Below are positions 59,969-64,000 of a stretch of DNA of 64,000 nucleotides, in pieces. This DNA is from Eledone cirrhosa (taxonomy: Eukaryota). Made by a program: the position numbers and the translations under genes. The stretch's first letter is position 1. The number at the start of each line of letters is the position of its first letter. The stretch lies in contig OZ024743.1 in the NCBI GenBank assembly GCA_964016885.1, forward strand, positions 355,694,001-355,758,000, written 5' to 3'. The notes beneath the pieces were generated by a model. The model did not search any database. It had not been told where the DNA came from and was given only the letters and a program-made list of their open reading frames with translations.

Positions 59969-60345
59969 GAGTGTGTGAACAATCATTCAAACTGGGTAAT
60001 TTATGTTTTCGTAAATTAATAATTTATAATAATTACTGACGTGTTGAAATGATTAAAGATAAAATAGTAATTTCATAATTTATTTCTTTTATATAATTAC
60101 ATATATGTACAAATAACTATTTACAGGAACAAATGACGAGTTAGATAAGAAATACAGTATATGCGTGTGTATAAATTTTAAAGAGTTACAGTCATAGATA
60201 TATATAGATAAATATACAAATACAAATGGTGTATTAATATGGACAATTTTTATATTTATTTATTGCTATTATATTTTATTTATTGATTGATTGATTTATT
60301 CTTTCTCCTAAATACACAGGCGTCGAATTGAAACAAACATTAGAA

Positions 60346-60654
60346 CAGAGGTTCTCAAACATTTTTGGCCATGTAATACCCATGTAATAACCCAGGGAGA
60401 TCTGCCTACCTGCAAATTGTAAGTAATATATAATAAATAAAATTGTTAATTTATATATAATAATATAATATAATATATGTTATGGATAAATAAATATTAT
60501 ACATATTTCATCTTACTATATTTATATGTAATATGTATCATTTGATATTTGATATACTATTTCTACCGCCCTCACTGCCCCCTTAGCCCCCAGCGTCCCC
60601 TGGACCTTCTCAATGTCCCCCGGAGGTTGGTAGCGCCCATTTTGAGAACCTCAG
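60346..60654. mobile_element. hAT (Charlie-like) MITE
   Basis: TIRs CAGAGGTTCTCAAA / TTTGAGAACCTCAG; TTAGAA on both flanks. Confidence 0.65.
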
Positions 60655-61032
60655 CTTAGAACTTCCGATAGAATACTTTGCGGTATTCGTTCCGTTTCTC
60701 TGTGATCCAAGCTCAAATCCCGCCGAGATCACCTTTGCCCATCATCCTTTCGGGGTCGATAAACTACCAGATCAATACTGGGACGATTGCCTCAGTCCCT
60801 GATCACACCCTCTCTCTCAAAAATCAGCTGTATTCGGAACTGGAGAGGGATGAGATATGCCAGGTTTAAGTACCCGAGACATGCCGTATATCAATCATCA
60901 CAGCGCCCTTACGACTCCATGAGAAGTTAATTGCAAATATGAATAGAATATAAGATATTCCACCATTACTACTGCACTTTGTGCATGGTGCTTTTCTTCT
61001 GACTTTTCTGTGACTTGTTATTTCTCTCTCAG

Positions 61033-61240
61033 AGGTGGATTGGCAGAATCGGTAGAGCGTCGGACAATATGCTTAGTGGCAAAGTTATGGCCATTTACGT
61101 TCAGAGTTCAAAACCCGCCGAGGTTAGCTTTGCCTTTCATCCATAAGAGGTCGACAAAATAAACTACCAGGTCGATTTAATCGACTTTCCCCTTCCCTTC
61201 AAATTGCTGACCTTGTGTCTTAAGTAGAAACAATTATTTC
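61033..61240 (+). mobile_element. Near-complete SINE
   Basis: A-box TGGCAGAATCGG, B-box GAGTTCAAAACC, shared central domain. Confidence 0.8.
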
Positions 61241-61273
61241 TCTCTAAAGAAGACTTTTTTCAGTACTGTACCA

Positions 61274-61635
61274 GGAGGTATGGATCTGTGGTTAAAGAGT
61301 TCGATTCACAACCACGTGGTTCCGGATACAGTCCCTCGGGGTGGCTCCATGGGAAAATGTCTACTATACACTCGGTTTAGCCAATGTCTTCTGAGCGAAA
61401 TTTGGGAGACAGAAACTGTAGAAGCCAATCGTATATATATGTATATGTGGGGGGGGGCGCTTCTCTGCCCTTCAGTATCTGTGTTTAGCGGTTCGACAAA
61501 AAAATATTGATTAAATATCTACCGGGCTTGAAAATATATATATTAGGGTCTATATGGTCATCTAAAATCCCATACTAGATGGTGTTTCATCATGGCCGCA
61601 GTTTAATGGCTGGATCCAGTATAAGAACAAAAAAT
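61274..61635 (+). mobile_element. SINE, second family, diverged
   Basis: Head resembles 15690-15915; A-rich tail. Confidence 0.55.
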
Positions 61636-61714
61636 ATAGCCTTATCGCAGCAAAATGGGTAGAATATATTGTTGTTGTCAATAATACACTGCTAAATGGA
61701 GTATTCAACTGTTA

Positions 61715-61788
<74 letters not shown>

Positions 61789-61920
61789 GAAGTAATTCCG
61801 TCGGAAAAGTGCAGGAAAAAAGAGTGCTCTATGTAGGTAACAGAGCTTAATAGTTATGTAATAAACAACATGTGTGTATTTATATACACATATATATGTG
61901 TGTATATATGTGTGTGTATG

Positions 61921-61965
<45 letters not shown>

Positions 61966-62123
61966 CTATGTATGCTTTTGTGTGTGTGTGCGTGTTTTTG
62001 TGTGTGTGTTTGCATGTGTGGTTTTATTTTATTTTTCCTTTCCTTCTTCTTTCTCCAGCCTCACTTTCATATAGATTGCATTTTTGTTTTTAAAATCCAA
62101 ATTCAATAAACAGACCAGGATTT

Positions 62124-62183
62124 TTTCATTCTGAGGATTGAAAGCAAAATCTTTTGCTTTTAAGAAACCACTGGTAAATGGAA
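62124..62183 (+). ncRNA. Hammerhead, family B
   Basis: TTTCATT-CTGAGGA-TTGAAAGCAAAA tc TTTTGCTTTTAA-GAAA-CCACTGG-TA-AATGGAA. Confidence 0.85.
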
Positions 62184-62208
62184 TAATTGCCTTATGTTGT
62201 TTATTACA

Positions 62209-62265
<57 letters not shown>

Positions 62266-62600
62266 GATGGTAGAAATCCGTAAATGAAAGGAAAGCAATG
62301 CTCAATCTGTTGTAAGAGAGCTTATTTAGTATAAACAAAGTTTCATGCAATTACCATGTATGTAATTCCATTGGTTTCGTGATCTAATCATTGGCACCAC
62401 TGTATAATGGAAGAGGCACTTTTTAACTAGCTCTCCTTTGAGGCACGTGTACAAAAGGTTTAAATGAGAAGTTGATATCCCTCGACTAATTCTCCCTCTG
62501 AGCGACGGAGGCCTTTATATTTGAAATCTGACTTGAAATGTTTCTCTATACGAATTTATCAAAGTTTCTAGGGTTATTCTGTCCAATAGGTAAAGGGAGA

Positions 62601-62641
<41 letters not shown>

Positions 62642-62688
62642 AAGTATGAGGAAATAATAGACAAAAATATACCTATTTTTTCCTTGAA

Positions 62689-62782
62689 AGTCCCGACTGC
62701 AGTTTCGCCGATCCGTGTGCAATGTTGCTGCACTATGAAAATGCAACATCGCTGTAAGGTTGATACGGCTTATCAATAGACC
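62689..62782 (-). ncRNA. Hammerhead, U3:A8 variant
   Basis: GGTCTA-TTGATAA-GCCGTATC..GATCGGC-GAAA-CTGCAG-TC-GGGACT. Confidence 0.75.
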
Positions 62783-62798
62783 CCCTCAGAAAAAAATG

Positions 62799-62861
<63 letters not shown>

Positions 62862-63154
62862 TCAAGTCTGAAGAACTATTAGCTAAAATATATACAGTAT
62901 TTCTTCTCCTAATCAGTATAAATCAACCACCTGAAAGATCATTTAAACGAGGCTATAAGTTTAAAATGTAATTATGAAGAAATAATAGACAAATGATACA
63001 GATTATCTTCCGCGATGTACAGCCATATGACATTTATCTAATTATTTCTTTTAGCCTGTAGAAATAGACTAGACAAATAGTTAACTACACAGAGTTAGGT
63101 ACAAAATAGAAGTTTGAAGAAAAAATGCACATAAACTTTACCAAAATTCCTATA

Positions 63155-63239
63155 ATCTCGACCACCGGTGGTTTCGTTCCACTATTTGGATATACCCGAT
63201 CTTCGATATATCCGCGAGGCTTGGAACTCCTCAGGAGAT
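63155..63239 (-). ncRNA. Hammerhead, fully canonical (island ~62857-63450)
   Basis: ATCTC-CTGAGGA-GTTCCA..TGGAAC-GAAA-CCACCGGTGG-TC-GAGAT. Confidence 0.92.
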
Positions 63240-63444
63240 ACTTCAGACTGGACTAAGTTTTTTCTACCATGATCCCCGCCAGAAATGAATTCAAAATGGC
63301 TAAGAACTATCACGTGGCTAGCGGTCAAGGCAGAAAATTTGTGACTGGTGCCTGTCGGCGAGTAGGCTGGTTGCTAGAAAGCGCAGCCGAATACTGCCTA
63401 AAGTTTTACTCAACCTTACGGGAGTATATATTAAATTCGAAGGA

Positions 63445-63507
<63 letters not shown>

Positions 63508-63681
63508 GACATAGTCACAGATACATGTATGAGTTTGGCAACCTTTCACAGTGTGGCTCAATGAAGAATTAATTAAGCAAATAATCATTAATGAGAACTA
63601 TATATAAAATTGTAAGTCTGAAGAACTATTAGATAAAGTATATACAGTATTTCCCCTCCTAATCAGTATAAATCATATATA

Positions 63682-63755
<74 letters not shown>

Positions 63756-63795
63756 ATTAAATAAATGGAAAACTATATTTATAAAACCATATTTA

Positions 63796-63857
63796 TTTCA
63801 TTATATATATTTCGGGGATATCATATTAACAATATGCTATGCCTTCATCAGACAAAA
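63796..63857 (-). ncRNA. Hammerhead, family A
   Basis: TTTTGT-CTGATGA-AGGCATAGCATATT gtt AATATGATATCCCC-GAAA-TATATA-TA-ATGAAA. Confidence 0.85.
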
Positions 63858-64000
63858 TACAATATAAACAGTTTTATAGATAAATATATTCGACATACCG
63901 TAATAAACATCAACTTCATTTGAAGAGGTTCACTCTAGCAGTGAAAATACAGAGAGAAAGAAAGAGAGAGAGAAAAGAGGGAAATAAGAAAGAAAGAAAG

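Overview
AT-rich, microsatellite-saturated eukaryotic DNA. The SINE/LINE content suggests an octopod cephalopod (inference). No convincing host gene is present; almost all listed ORFs are simple-repeat artefacts. Real coding content is one apparently intact Neptune-type Penelope-like element (PLE; RT + Cys linker + C-terminal GIY-YIG, 571-2877) plus decayed PLE, RTE, CRE-, R4-, HERO- and Tx1-like LINE fragments, SINEs, MITEs and a Helitron. Main signal: most short 'unique' islands between (TA)n tracts carry a type I hammerhead ribozyme (HHR) motif, about 30 by manual folding, in well over a dozen sequence families. Many of these islands are fold-back palindromes with a one-sided tail, and the fold point differs between copies of a family. 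Others are tandem or circularly permuted units of roughly 290-590 bp. Stems covary between relatives, stem III is usually self-complementary, and non-canonical cores recur (U3:A8 TTGANAA; U4A CAGAAGA). This looks like a dense, (TA)n-targeted PLE/retrozyme-like system. All calls were made by eye; boundaries are approximate and ribozyme activity is untested.
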